In this document: in pieces, positions 29,496-43,949 of the stretch
How positions within the stretch are numbered: position 1 is the stretch's first letter
How the letters are laid out: each line of letters begins with the position of its first letter
Origin: Chrysomallon squamiferum
Lineage: Eukaryota; Animalia; Mollusca
NCBI GenBank assembly: GCA_012295275.1
Contig: CM022669.1
Coordinates: 9,672,001 to 9,736,000 of the forward strand
DNA length: 64,000 bases
Reading direction: 5' to 3'
The notes under the pieces: model-generated
Told to the model about the DNA's origin: nothing
What the model saw: the letters and a program-made list of their open reading frames with translations, nothing else
Database searches by the model: none
Translations under genes and position numbers: made by a program

Positions 29496-30759
29496 TCAAT
29501 CCTTCACACTAACGAAATTAGCTGACGTGGCGTTAGACTGTTTATGACGTTGGATGTTGGACACCAGTCTGGGCGAATCCTTGACCTTTGGAAGTTTGAA
29601 CTGGACGGTTTTCCTTTCAGGCGAGGAGTCTCTGACGCGACGGCCATCTTTCTCGTCACTTCCTTCGGAATTCCACGAATCGCTCTTTTCCTCGTCACCG
29701 GACACAGTCGTAGAATTGTTTTCCCAGAATGTTAAAACTGGTTTTGTAAGAGAATCGGAACCGTCGTCGCTAGAATTCGACTCGTGACCCGACATCAGTT
29801 CCCTCACCGCGTCAGAGTATCGGAACAGCTGGTGATACGGTTTAGGCGGCGGCTTCGGGAGGTCGAGTTCTTTTCCAGCGACATTTTTTCGATTCCTCAG
29901 CTTTTTGTTTCCAAGAAGGAATTTTGCCGAATCTGAAACTGCCGAGTCTGGTGTTGAAGTTGAATTTTGGTCGGACTTTGTTTGAAATTTTCTCAGTTCT
30001 GTCAATGTACTCACTTTGCACGAATCTCTGTCTCGAAGATCTCAGTCGTTTTTGGTAGAAGGTACTCTCTTTGTACGGAGGGAACGGCGTAATTTCAACA
30101 AGGGATTCTGATAAAGCGCTTTCGTTTCCATTTTTACACTCGTCTGCGTTTTTGTTAAGTTTGTCAGTTGTAGTTTCACTTGAGGAATCATTACTTTCTT
30201 GTGGTTTTTCTTTGTTCGCCACAAAACCAAACTTCCGACTTCTAACCGGAGAGAACCTGTTTTCGTTAACGTCATTATTTCTGTACGGTCGTGTTAAAAC
30301 ACTGTCGCTTATCTTTCTCCTTTCCTCGTTGTTTCTTATTTTGTTTAACTTCGTAAGTTCAGATTCTGATCGCGTAGAATGAATTGTACTCCTAAATTCA
30401 ACGTTTACTCCATTTCTCGAATCAGCAGACGGCATTTCTTTAGGTTTGCCTACGTGCATCCTGGTTGACCACCTGTGCGCGTCGGAACTATTTTTCTGTG
30501 ATGACGTCACAAAATTTCTTTCCAGAGATATCCGATGCATCTTTTCACTGTAAGCAGTCATTGAATTTTCGGTTTTGTTTGTGATTCTTTTGCTCTCGTG
30601 GAAGTCTTTAAGTCGTTGGTTGTCCAAAATATTCGAAAGTTCTTCCTCACTGTAATGGTTGGTGGTAAAAGACGATTTCCCAGAGTCACTCAAATTTCCT
30701 GTTGTATTTCGTATCCAGGCATTTTTGTACAAGCGTCCAGACTCTGTTCTGTATTCCAT
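29496..30759 (-). CDS. Orphan gene B: uncharacterised, hydrophilic and largely disordered protein, ~420 aa if one +1 frame break is repaired (starts MEYRTESGRLYKNAW)
   Basis: Likely start ATG at 30759, 23 nt after acceptor TTGCAG (AG 30784-30783). The track's N-terminal extension is an (AAT)n artefact. Both frames are open over 30041-29842. Removing one A from GAG AAA ATT TCA (plus-strand TTTT 29988-29991) gives EYIDRTEK-FQTKSDQ. Confidence 0.8.
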
Positions 30760-30788
30760 ATTGTGTCCGTTTCTTTCACAAACTGCAA

Positions 30789-30855
<67 letters not shown>

Positions 30856-33145
30856 TAATAACTGATTGTAGAATCCTAGGTATAAAATAAAAGGGGCCGA
30901 AATTAACTTCCGCGGCTCTGCTTGGGACCCACACGCACGCACACACACACATACCTCTATCTTCGAAAAAACGTGTGACAGCGTGAATTCGAGCAGTAAT
31001 TAATCGGGTGGCTTGTAAAAAGAAATAGAGGAGTTATTAAAAGATTAGCTTGCCAGACTTATTCTGACAACTAAGCTAAGTTGGGAAGAGATATATGACA
31101 AAAAAAAAAAAAAAAAAAAAAAAAGAAAAAAAGCTCTCTGGTATTTTATCCGCTACAATGGCCAGGTTTTGTTCAAATGCAAAATGGCTTAATTGTCGAC
31201 ATAGTTTGTACCAGAGTGAATGGAAGAGATATCATTTCAAAATACCATCTGTCTTCATTTCAAAATTATTTTTTTATTTTTTAAATTATTTTTTTTAAAT
31301 CTGGATTATTTTACAGTCTATATTGTTGTTTTTGTATAGATAATACACATGAATGTTGGCATGGGTGCATGTTTTTTTTGGGGGCACGCACGTGAACAAA
31401 TACTAAAAAATTAAAAAACAAAAGTATTAACAAAACTTTACACATACACACAAACACTTCACTCATATAAAAACATGCATACTCAAACACACGTGCATAC
31501 ATAAATATAGAAATAATAACACTAAGCTTAAAAAAATTTTGAATATAAATGTATTATTACTAAAATAAAAATTTAGAAATAAAATATATACACAGACAAA
31601 GACAACAACAAATACTCAAAGAGTAGCAGAAGAAATAAAAACAACCATAAAAAAAAAGAAAAAAGAGAGAATCCAAAATAAACATACATACGAGTTCTTT
31701 TTTTAAGCAGTCGGTCGGACGGAATTTCGGACAGAATGACGTACGGTCGTTACAATCGCAGAAAATGTCACAGCGTTTGGATTAACAAGTCACTTAATCC
31801 GTCAGCTGAAGGCACGGACACACGCACTCGTTTGTCATAATCTAACAAACTGTGAAACAGTCACAGATTCAAACTTTGACGATCAAAGACAAATGTAGAT
31901 ACATGTTTATATAGAGGTAAACTTTGCCAGTTTTTGACGCTTACGAAACCGCTGTCCGCGTGTTTGTTCACGATACAAACTGATTTAATTTTTTTTTTTT
32001 TTTTCATAACAGGTCTATCTATTCTCGAGAATAATTTATAACATTTTGATATTGTTCACTCAGACGTATAGGTAATAACCCCAGATTTATAACTCTTCTT
32101 CTTTTCTATAAACTAATAATATCTGAGATTTATTACCTTTTTTTTCTTCTTCTTTTTTTTTTCTTTTTTTTTCATAAACAAATATTAATTTCAAATTTAT
32201 TATGTATTTTTATGGCTTTTTCTTTAGATATCTTGTAAGAGGGTAATACACTTGTTACAGCCTAAGGCGGGTCTACACTTGCTTGTAGCGGATTTATTCG
32301 TCAGCAAAGTTTCTGATCCATTGTTTTCATGACATTTAACGCAATCGTAGCGTTGCTGTTAAAATGTTTCAGTAATTTTATGTCTTTTTCGTGTTCTTGA
32401 TTGTTTTGTTGTTGTTGTTTTTACCAAAAATGTGTTAAAGCATTAAAACAGTAATCAAAGATTTTCATCTGATTGTGTTAGATAAATCTGATACATTAAT
32501 GTTTATTTGATTCTTTATTTCACTATTTTTATCTTTTTTTTTTATCTTAGAACCAGTGTTTAACTGATAACTTGTATAGCTGTGTGCTTTATTTTTTATA
32601 ATCTACATTTTCATAATTTTATAAACAGTAGCCTTGAGACTGTTTGTTAAAACGTCTCTCGCGATTCATTTTTTATTTTTATTTTTTCTTTGTTTTGTTT
32701 TTTATATTGCTTTTTTGTTTGTTGATGTTGTTCTTTTTAGTTTGTATTTACTATTACTATCACTATTATTATTAATATTATTATTATTATTTTTTATATT
32801 GTTGTTGTTGTTTTTATTAAAATTAATAATTAGCTAATAAACAGAAAATTCTGACCCGTAGAACATAATGTTTGAAATAACTAACATTAAACAGTTTTTG
32901 ATAGAAACCAAAATTGAAAATTTCGAGATGTAAAATGTTTTCCATGGAAACAACTGACTACGATATTACACAGATTAGGCTGTAGTAACCAAACTATGTT
33001 CTTATTTCTTTAGCTTCACGCCATTCTTGTTCCCACTCCTTCACAACCACACGCTCGTGACAGACTTCATGCGCGCACAGGCGAAGATAACTTTAACGTA
33101 ATGTCGACATAAAACTGACTGTCAACTCAGTAAATAAAACATCAT

Positions 33146-33194
33146 CAGGGGTGGATCTCGCGAACGCCTACAACTCTCCCTGGATCCGCTACTG
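33146..33194. mobile_element. Very short MITE-like remnant with imperfect terminal inverted repeats
   Basis: 5' end CAGGGGTGGATC and 3' end GATCCGCTACTG (reverse complement CAGTAGCGGATC). 49 bp in total, GC-rich in an AT-rich background. Confidence 0.45.
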
Positions 33195-33489
33195 ACAGTA
33201 TGAACACAAGATACGCCAGTTCTTCAAATTTCGACAAACACTTGTAAACTGCAGTAGTTAGATTAACTGACCCTTGAACAGGTTTAATATAGGTCGATGG
33301 TTTCTTTAATCTTTTAAAGGGGCGACGCTAACTTTCATAAATCCCCAGGGTGTATTAATCATGCACATTTGACAAATGTCGAAACGATTTTGTGTTAGAG
33401 ATTTAACCGTTTATCATTTTGCATTAAACTGTGGACATTCCGTCGTAGCTGAGATTGTAGGTTTTGTTGTACTTGGTATTATTATTATT

Positions 33490-33539
<50 letters not shown>

Positions 33540-34049
33540 CGTTATTATTATTATTATTATTGTTATTGTTATTATTAACTAGAGTAGTAATAGCGGTGGT
33601 AGTATATTTATTATTATTATTATTATCATCATAATCATCATCATCATTAAATATTATAAATGTTTAGTATCTTAAAATATTTTCCTTCTTGAGATGATAT
33701 TCAATATTATATTATTATCTAATATGAGATTTTTCATTACTTCAGATTTTGTATTCAGCGTGCTGTTCATTTGTTCAGTTAGGTATTCAGGCACTCAGAT
33801 TTTCATTCTTTCACTTTTCTATTCAATCAAAAAATCTTTCACCCTCTCAGTGAGTCACTCATGATTCACTCAGTGATTATCAGAATCAATAACTCTCACT
33901 CTTTCACTCAGTAAGTCGGTCATGAGTCAGTAATTGCCCCAATCATTCATTTATTCATTCTTTCGTGCATTCATTCATTCATTCATTAAATGGGTCAGTC
34001 AGTGATTCATTCTCACATATTCATTTATTTATTCATTCAAACATTCGTT

Positions 34050-34460
34050 ATCTCTCATTCCCTCAGCCATTCATTGCCTCTTTCTCTCATTCCCTCACTG
34101 ATTAGATATAATATTCCCTCAACCATTTATTGTCTCCCTCATTCCCTCACTGATTAGATATAATATTCCCTCAACCATTCATTGTCTTTCTCTCATTCCC
34201 TCAGTCATTCGTTGTCTCTCTCATATCCCTCACTGATTAGATCTAAATTCCTCAGGTGTTCATTGTGTGTGTGTGTGTGTGTGTGTCATTCTCCTCAGTT
34301 ATTCGTTCTCTCTCTCTCTCTCTCTCTCTCTGATTAGATCTCTCATTCCCTCAGGTGTTCTCTCTCTCTCTCTCTGTGTGTCTCTCTCTCTCTCTCTCTC
34401 TCTCTCATTCCCTCAGCCATTTGTTATCTCTCTCTCTCTCTTTCGTTCTCTCAGTCATTC
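34050..34460. repeat. Composite degenerate tandem repeat (CTCTCATTCCCTCA / TGATTAGAT modules) decaying into (CT)n
   Basis: ATTCCCTCA-like module recurs about ten times, interleaved with CTGATTAGAT. Confidence 0.75.
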
Positions 34461-35021
34461 ATTATCTCGCTAGCTCATTCTCTCGGCGATTCATTCACGC
34501 AAGTCAACGATCCAGTAAACAAACGAGTAAACTCTTTGTCTATTCTCCATAATCTTCAGTCATTCGAGACTGCACACTACTCACTGTGTTAATCTGAGGT
34601 TTCGTCTTACCTGTTTCACAAATATCACTTCAGGGAGACATAATCTATTCTGTCTTCCTAAACTAATAATACCACCTACCCTAACCCCCCCCCCACACAC
34701 ACACACACCCATAGCACATTATTCAGGTAACTAACAGTTCGGTAAACAAAAACAGTCAATCAAAAACTGCCGGGAAATATGGCAAGGTAAGAAAAAAAAC
34801 AGAAAAGAAAATAAACGTATTTAAAATGGTGTCAAAGAAACTGGGACTATATGAGTTTTTTTCAAAGATAAGCATTGCAGGCTGGAAACGTATTAAAATA
34901 CTGACAGACTGAGTGACTGAAGATAAGATGTGAGCATATGTCATAACAAAGGTGGACACCCAAAAATATCCGAAAAAAAAATATAAAAAAATTAAACTGA
35001 TTTTATAAATCTAAATATAAA

Positions 35022-35053
<32 letters not shown>

Positions 35054-35109
35054 CAACAACAACAAAATAACAACAGTAGTATTAGTACTAGTAGTAGTAG
35101 TAGTAGTAA

Positions 35110-35166
<57 letters not shown>

Positions 35167-37126
35167 CACTAATAATAATAATAATAAAATACTGTGAAAA
35201 AAAACAATAGCAGTAATAACAAAAGTGAAACGAAAGTAGGCCTGAATTAAAACTAAAAAAAAAAAAAGCAACAACAACAAAATGATTACAATTGTTTTTC
35301 AAAAGAAGAAGAAGAAGGAAGTAGGAATAAGAAGAAAGAAAAGAAAACACCTATTAATGGGTGTTTTAAAATTATTAAAAAATGTCGAAGTAAAAACAAC
35401 AACAAAATGCATTAAAATTATATTAATCAAAGAACATTAACGAGAACATTAGAAACGTAAGTAAAAATAAATATATTTAAATGACGTATTTCAACACATC
35501 AAACAATAAGAAAGAGAAGTGTTAATAAAATAATTCTAAACACAAATAAAATATATATAAATAAATAAAAATTACAACAAAAAAAAAAAATAAAAAAAAA
35601 TAAATATATGAAATTACAAGAACAAAAAAATAAACAAGAAAAACAATTTTATTTTTTACAGGAAAATTATCTGAAGAGGAAATAAATGTTTATACTTACA
35701 CAATAAATTAACCTGCAGTCCAACAGCTGAATCGGGTTCTGTCTTGCAGCAGTTTCCAAAATGTGTTTCCCAGTACAAAACAGACAGCACGGGTATCAAA
35801 CGAGAACAAATTCCGAAACGGGACAAACCACTGCAGTGGATGAACGTTAAATATCTCTAAAACATTCTTAAAATCACTTAGCTGTATTTTTATTTTATAT
35901 ATATATATATATATTTTTTTTTTTTTATTATTATTACTTTTTTTTCTTTTTTTTTAATAAGGATAGAATATCCGATACAAAACAGAAGCACAAAAAATGT
36001 CGTGATGCGAACAGATTTATCGAATTCCACAGAAGCTTGGATACGAAGTCACAAATACGATTACTTTAATGAAACGCGTGAGTGGACGTGTTAAACGGCG
36101 GCATATTTTAATATCGTTGTCGTTAGGGTAGAGAGAGACACACACACACAACATTCACAATGCGGCAGCTGTTTAAAGAAAACTCTATACTGGATCAGAC
36201 TTTACATGTGTGTGTGTTTACCTCTATTTCAGTAAACCTCTTTTGTTAATAATGTTTGTTGACATGCGTGGGAATCGTGTTTCGTTTCCAAAATATCTCT
36301 TATGTTCTGAAGATTTTATGTACCCAGGAACGTTTTACCTTCAGTTCCTGGATTCCGTTGTTTTCGTCGTTCTTATAATCATGTCCGGTGTTTGTTTGTT
36401 TTGCTTCTTTTTTCTTTTTTTATTTCTTTGTGGGTGTAACTTTTTATTTATTTATTTGTTTTATAAATTTAATTTTTTTTTTTTTTTTTTTTTTTTTTTT
36501 CTGTACTAGCGATGTAAAAAACTAAAAATGATTTAGAGTAGGTTTTGAAAATATGACATACATATCCTGAGACTAGACTGGAATGTTGTTGTAGTCGTCG
36601 CCGTCATCTACGTTGTTATTTTTCTGTACTTTATTACGCTTAGGACGTAGTCGACGTATGGATTATGACATGATAGCCTGTGTTGTTGTTACTGTTTGTC
36701 GCGCAAAGGTCTCATGTCTGCTGTGTTGATGTTCAGAGTTGATGATAGCATGCTGCTTTTTGAGCTGTTGCTGTTGCTCTTGTTTTTGTAATAAAGTATT
36801 CTGTAATATGTTACATTTAGCAAATTCAAAAATAACACAGAGAGGAGAGTATGTGTAATTTTTGCCATTAATATTCATTTTATTTATTAATTGCCTATGT
36901 TAATGTATTTCAAGAATAATTTTGTTGTTGTTGTTGATCTATCAAATACCTTTAACCATGTAGCTGACATGAAGACACACTTATATACATATGCATTCAC
37001 ACGGACACCAGCGTATAGAACCAAGAAATAAGATACATAGCGTATATTTCCAAAAATAACTAAAAACAAAAGAAAACAAAAACAAACAAAATAAATGAAT
37101 GAATGAATAATAATAATAATAATAAA

Positions 37127-37164
<38 letters not shown>

Positions 37165-37606
37165 AAAAAGCACACAGTCGCTAAACAGATAAAGATCATC
37201 GTATTCTATAAGCATATCTAAACAGTATTTTGTTATTCGCTATCGTTACACGAATTCTATGTGACCTCTCAGGTTAAGCTGACAAAACTTGACAGAAATA
37301 CATTGTAGATATTATTTACTTGATATTTACTGACAAACAACAATTGTTCTATTGTTGACGGTCTTGTTAGAGCAAACTGCTCTGTGTTTGTTTGTAAAGT
37401 AAGTTCTGCTGTTTACTTCATTGTGATACACAGCAAACAGAGATAATAACTAAATTTAATTACATCAACAGAGTACTCCCGAGGTACAAAAGGTCACGGA
37501 GGTTTTTTATTTTTTATTTTTTTTATTTTTTTATTTTGTCAACAGGAATTAAGTAAGGTCATGTAAAGAATTATGTTTTATTTTTGTGTTTGTTTTGTTA
37601 TTTTTG

Positions 37607-37713
<107 letters not shown>

Positions 37714-37937
37714 AAGGAAAGAAGAAAGAGAACGACAGAGAGAAAGAGAGGCAGAGAAACTGAGAGTGAGAGGGACAGAAAGAGCAACAGAGAGAAAGAG
37801 AAAACAGATAGGAATAGTAAAACGAGAAAAGAGTGAAAGAGAGAAATAAAAAATAAAACTTTGTCGGTATGATTGACAAATATACAGACAAGCAACTGAA
37901 CGGACAGAAAACATTACAATAAAATTTTAAGGCAAAA

Positions 37938-37990
<53 letters not shown>

Positions 37991-38538
37991 TTACAAATGA
38001 ACACACAGGAAATCCAGACGGCGTAAACGAAATTAAAATAGTAAATAAATACAGTAAAACACGGCCACTATCATAGCTCTGAATACACTAAACTATATCT
38101 GATTTAATTTAACCTTGACAAAAGACTGAAAAGCCACAATGCAAATAATAATAAAAAAATAAAAATAAAGGTGGAGTGAGTCCGGATCTCGAGTTCTGAG
38201 ATTGTGTATTTGTCAAGATGTAATCTCTAGTTTTGATTAATTGACAGAAAGATTCGATCTTTAAAACCACAGTGTGTTCTGATTGTTTCCCTGGATGATT
38301 TTGATTACAGAAGTGGAGGTCTGGTTTCCTGGATATCAAGTTACGAAGATCTTACCAGTGAAACGTCTGCCATCCATAAGCGCTTTTATATTTAATTAAT
38401 TGTACAGTTTTTCTTTTCTAATTCTCTTCTTCTTTTTTTTCTTCTTATGATGGAAGGCGTGGTGCATGGTACAAAAACATAGTCTGTCAATCTAATTTCA
38501 GTTTAATATTCAGATTTACATGTTCAGAAACACAAACA

Positions 38539-38666
<128 letters not shown>

Positions 38667-38942
38667 AAATAAATAAATAAATCGATCGATCTATATATCT
38701 ATCTATCAATCTATCTATGTGTGTGTGTGTATATATATATAACTGCCCTTACTATATTTAAGACACATGATAAGTTATCAGATCATGGGTCAGATAACAG
38801 CAAGCAGACGTCACTACTTTGTTGATTGGTAAAAACAGACGGTAGGGGTGGGTTTTCTTTTTATCTTATCTGTCGATGAAAATGAAAACAAAGTCTGTCA
38901 GTCTAATATCAATTTAATATCTGTATATTTTAAATTTACATA

Positions 38943-38983
<41 letters not shown>

Positions 38984-39221
38984 AGATAACAAGGAGCAGA
39001 CGCTAACAGCAAAAATATGTTCTACGCTTTAAACCGATATAAGTTATTTTACTATTATTATTCTTTTCTAAATGATTATTATATATTTTTTTTTTTTAAT
39101 TACGTGTGCTACTGTTACGATCCAGGCGATGTAGACCAGGATTAGATATTTTCAATAAAATACGGTTACGGATCAATAGGATGGCTGAGTATAAAAAATA
39201 ATAATTCATAATAAATTACAA

Positions 39222-39253
<32 letters not shown>

Positions 39254-39440
39254 GGAATACAAACATCTCCTGGAGGGTCATTTTAACGTTTTTTAAAGAA
39301 CGACTGACTCATATAAAGTTACTCATATAGTAGTAGGTAGTCAAACAAAATTTATGATGGTGTACTTAATACGAGGATCTATTTTCAATGGAAAATGTCT
39401 CAAGTCAGAATGTAAATGATAACTAATGTAAATAAGGTAA

Positions 39441-39548
<108 letters not shown>

Positions 39549-39558
39549 GAGAGAGAGA

Positions 39559-39681
<123 letters not shown>

Positions 39682-41783
39682 AGCAGTGGTTTTGATCTTT
39701 AGGCGGGATTTAAAAAATACTACAACAAACTCAAAGAACGGACATTTTGAATCTTGTACACGATCAGTTGTTTCGTAAAAGTTGTAACTAAACATGTCCT
39801 GTCACCGTTTTATTGCGTGTTTATCAACTACGCATTTTATTTTCAAAGCGAAACACTTTTGTTTTGTTTCCATCAACGTGTGGGTCTTGGAAATCTCTTC
39901 TAGCAGAATGTTATTTTAAAATGATTAAGACGCAACAAAACGAATCGATTTCTCGGAACAATTAATAGTATCGACTAACCCGATCACATTATGCAAGCTA
40001 CATAAAAGATAATTGCTGTAATCGAATAAATGAAGTCTAAATAACTTCCTTCGATTTTCAGAGAATGCTAAAAAGAAAATCGGGACGAATTGATCAGATA
40101 ATCATACTGCCATAGCGAAATAAACCGGCTGAAGGTAACAAAATGTCAGGCCATTTAACTTATTTTCAACCAGATCGTAAAATAAAATAAGTGGCGAGTA
40201 TAATTATGAAAAGTAAAGTTGTTTTCTAAAAGAGTCGATGTACTGCGTGATTTTCTGGAAACTTTATTAGTTCCTATCAATTTTCATGAACTTGAAATCA
40301 ACCACTTCTAGTAATGCGAAATAAAAAATAAATAAATGAAATGAAATGAAATGAAAAAATAAATATATATATAAATATATAAAAGAATAAAAATGAAAAT
40401 ACAAAACATACGAAAAGACGATTGAAAGAAAGAGAAACAAAACTGAAACAGATGGTAAATAACCTTTTTTACAGATTATAATTAATATATAGTTATCAAA
40501 AACATGTTAGTTTTGAAAAGAATTGGAAATTAAATTTTATCGCAAAAATATTAGCTTCTCTTATTAAAAACGTTTTTCATAATTATACTGATATAAGAGG
40601 GAACAATATATATTTAAATCTTCTTTGAGCTCTTTGTAGTGCAGAGATTAATAAAGTTTTGAAAATTATTATTTGGCCCATACGTTAACATTTTACATTT
40701 AATAGTTAACGTATTTCATAATTCTGAAACATTCCGTCTTGGAAAATTACATCTAAAATAATTCGACCACCCAGTAACGTAATACGCCTTCTACAATACC
40801 AATAGCACATTTATTGTCATTGATAAAATTCATGTAGGATAGAGTTACACATATTATTATTAGGTCCTTTAACAGAATATATATAGAAACCTCCACCTAT
40901 TTATTTTTTCATAATCCATATCACCAACTTAGAGAGGATAATTGTATTGCAAAACATGAATAATTATGGCGCCCATAATACTGCTCAGCGGTTCTTCACG
41001 GACAATAGTAAATATAAAATTTAAACTAACCTTCAAATGACGTCTTCATCAAAACGAACCGACGAAGGATTGAATACCAAACAAGAGCATTAAATAATTT
41101 TCATTCCTCGCGGTTTTGCTGGAGGTTAAAGAAAAAATAGATTTCTGTTTTGCCGTCAAAGGCTTGTATTATTAATTTATTAGATCTAAACAAGACCTGT
41201 TTGACAGCTTGCATGTATTTCTGTTGCACTGCTGATGAAAACAGTCCTTTTTCACATTTCCCTTTTGTTTCTTTGTTTGGCTGAGACGAAAAACTTCAAT
41301 CTATAATTCGTTTGGACGTTTCTTTATTTTTTATTTTTTTTTAGCCTTTGTGTGAGAAAGCTTAACCTACCCTCACTACTTGAAAGTTGCTCATTATTAA
41401 AAAAAAAACTCAGCAGAATTCAAACTGAACTTATCTTGTTTTTTCTTTGCTACTCCTTCCCTCTCGTTTTAGTTCTCACCCCACCCCCACCCCCACCCAC
41501 ACCGCACACACATTTCTCTCAGCTTGTCTTGTTTTTGTTTTTTTTATTTCTCAGGATTCTGCCTCGCTGTTGTTTTACCGTGTTTTCTTTCTCGCATCGT
41601 CTTAAAATAATTCTAGATCAATTTTGACTTCTGAGAGCATATTTCACTGGTTTGTAGAATTCCCGATAACATAGGCAAGTTTAAGGGCTAAGTACGAAAC
41701 CGAGTCTTCTACCCATAAACTGAACCGTTATATAACAAAACAGTCATCTTATATTAAATAAATATTAATGGTCACTCAAAATA

Positions 41784-41845
<62 letters not shown>

Positions 41846-42276
41846 TACAAAAATACAAAAATAAAATAATGTTAATAAACAAACAAGCAAATAAATGACA
41901 ACAACAACAACAACAACAACAACAATAATAATAATAATAATAACAACACTAATAACAATAATACTGATCACAAATGGGAATACATATATTTCTTACATTA
42001 TTTTATCAAAGAACGAGCGTGGAAATTTTGAAAACATTAACCAAAGAAGAAAGTTTCTAAAGACTGAGTCCTCGGTAACTGCTGTTTACGACAACTAAGG
42101 AATAACTTTGTTTTGAAATCAGTTATTTCCTTTTTATGTAAATTAATTATTTGTCATGTTCAAAATACTCCGATCACAAATGAGTATGAATCAACAGTAT
42201 TCTAGGATACATTTGTGAAGAACCAGTCTTGCCGGGCGTTTGTAACTAGTTTGTTTTGACCTGAAAACTCAGATCA

Positions 42277-42285
42277 CGCCATTTT
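42277..42285 (+). promoter_or_regulatory. YY1-type motif CGCCATTTT just upstream of the MTHFS start
   Basis: Matches the YY1/Pho core CGCCATNTT and ends 15 nt before ATG 42301. Confidence 0.35.
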
Positions 42286-42300
42286 TGTCTATGAGGAAAT

Positions 42301-42750
42301 ATGGCTAACTGCATACGACAGGCGAAAGTTGCTTTACGAGCAAAAATAAAGACAAAACTGATGAAATTAACAGATGAAGAGAGACAGATACAGTCACAGA
42401 TTGTAACAGAAAAGGTTAGAATTATATTAAACTAATTTTTCTTTTCGGATACATACATAATACGAGAATGAAAACTCCATTTGAATGCTTGTTACAAACT
42501 TAACAGGAGTTACCGCTCTTGGTCGACGTTAAAGATCCAATCTCGTCTCTTTCACACGTGCTAATTTAATAAATAAATAGTAGAAAGACTGCTCAAGACT
42601 TTACCAGGTGGAAGTTTATGCTAATTTATTTTGTATTTAAAAGGGATTCTCGCTTCATACAAATAATAAGGAATACAAGTTATAGACCGAAAGAAATGAG
42701 AGAGATTTTCAAAGGAGAAAGAAAATAAGGAAAACAAGTGAATGAGAGGG

Positions 42751-42827
<77 letters not shown>

Positions 42828-43949
42828 ATTTGTTTATTTGAGGCTGAGTAATTTTTGCACATACTGATATTGCAGGTAGATAACGCAAAAGAGATAATCA
42901 AATTTAACTAACTTTAACTCGGGATTGTTGATGATTTTTTTCTTCTTCTCTTGGAACTAAAATAAATAAATAAATAAATAAGTGTTTTACTATCCTGAAA
43001 CAAGACACACACTCTTAATCGGCGATACATAAATTTGCATTCATAAAAGTATATTTGAGATTAGAGTTATCATTTTATATCCCAGTCATCAATTATTTCA
43101 GACTGTTCTAATAATTTTTTTTTTTTTTTTTTTTTTTTTTTTGTCTGGTTTAGGCATTGGCTTGTCCGGAATACAAAAACAGCAGACGGGTGTCCGTATA
43201 CCTGAGTATGTCGACCGAAATTAGCACGGAAAATATATTAAGACATATTTGGGAATCAAACCGAGAATGTTTCGTTCCTTATTACAAAGGACCTGTAATG
43301 AAAATGTTAAAACTTCATTCCATGGAAGATTATAGAAATCTTCCTGAAACTAAATGGCACATCAAGCAACCAAAAGACGACAGTGGTAGAGAGGACGCTT
43401 TAGAGACAGGTAACTGGGTGTTCAAAAATACGAGGAGGGATAGTACTAAAGAAGAAATTTAGAACTGAAGCTTTTTTTTAGTTTTGTAAATTAGTTGCAT
43501 TTATTTATTTATTTAATTTTGTTTTAGATAAATGAATAATAGCCGTTAGCTCGCCTACCTCAAATAATTATACAAGCAATATTTATTGATTCAGGATATG
43601 ATGTCATCAGTCTTCCTCAAAAGTAAGTATCTGTTATTATTTTTTGTTTCGTCTGTTGCTGACTTCGTAGTCATCATTTTATTTAAATTTAATTATTTTG
43701 AAGGTGGCCTTGACCTAATTTTCGTCCCAGGAGTGGCATTCACGGCAGACGGCGCCAGATGTGGGCATGGACGCGGTTACTATGACAACTACCTCAGGCA
43801 ATGTAAAGGAAAAGGGCATCAGACCTTGCACTATTGCACTAGCTTTCTTGGAACAGATGTGTGACGTCGTACCAGTCAACGACGACGACATTCCTCTGAA
43901 CAGAGTACTGTTTCCATCAAAGGAAGAAATCGAGAAAGCAGCCTCGTGA
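42301..43949 (+). CDS. MTHFS: 5-formyltetrahydrofolate cyclo-ligase (methenyltetrahydrofolate synthetase), 3 exons, ~204 aa, with an apparent +1 frame break in exon 3
   Basis: Exons 42301-42414 ([17 protein letters not shown]...), 43154-43409 (...[14 protein letters not shown]...ECFVPYY...WHIKQP...EDALET) and 43704-43949 ([13 protein letters not shown]...[10 protein letters not shown], then TIALAFLEQ...[14 protein letters not shown]). Introns are GT-AG with consistent phases. The frame changes at TGT AAA GGA AAA G (43802-43814). Confidence 0.93.

Noticed and set aside
30760-30948. Poly-Leu signal/TM-like N-terminus of the 368-aa ORF
   Set aside because: It derives from an (AAT)n repeat upstream of a splice acceptor at 30783, so it is intronic.
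32262-32280. TAA GGCGGGTCTACAC resembling a PIF/Harbinger terminal repeat
   Set aside because: No matching opposite end was found nearby.
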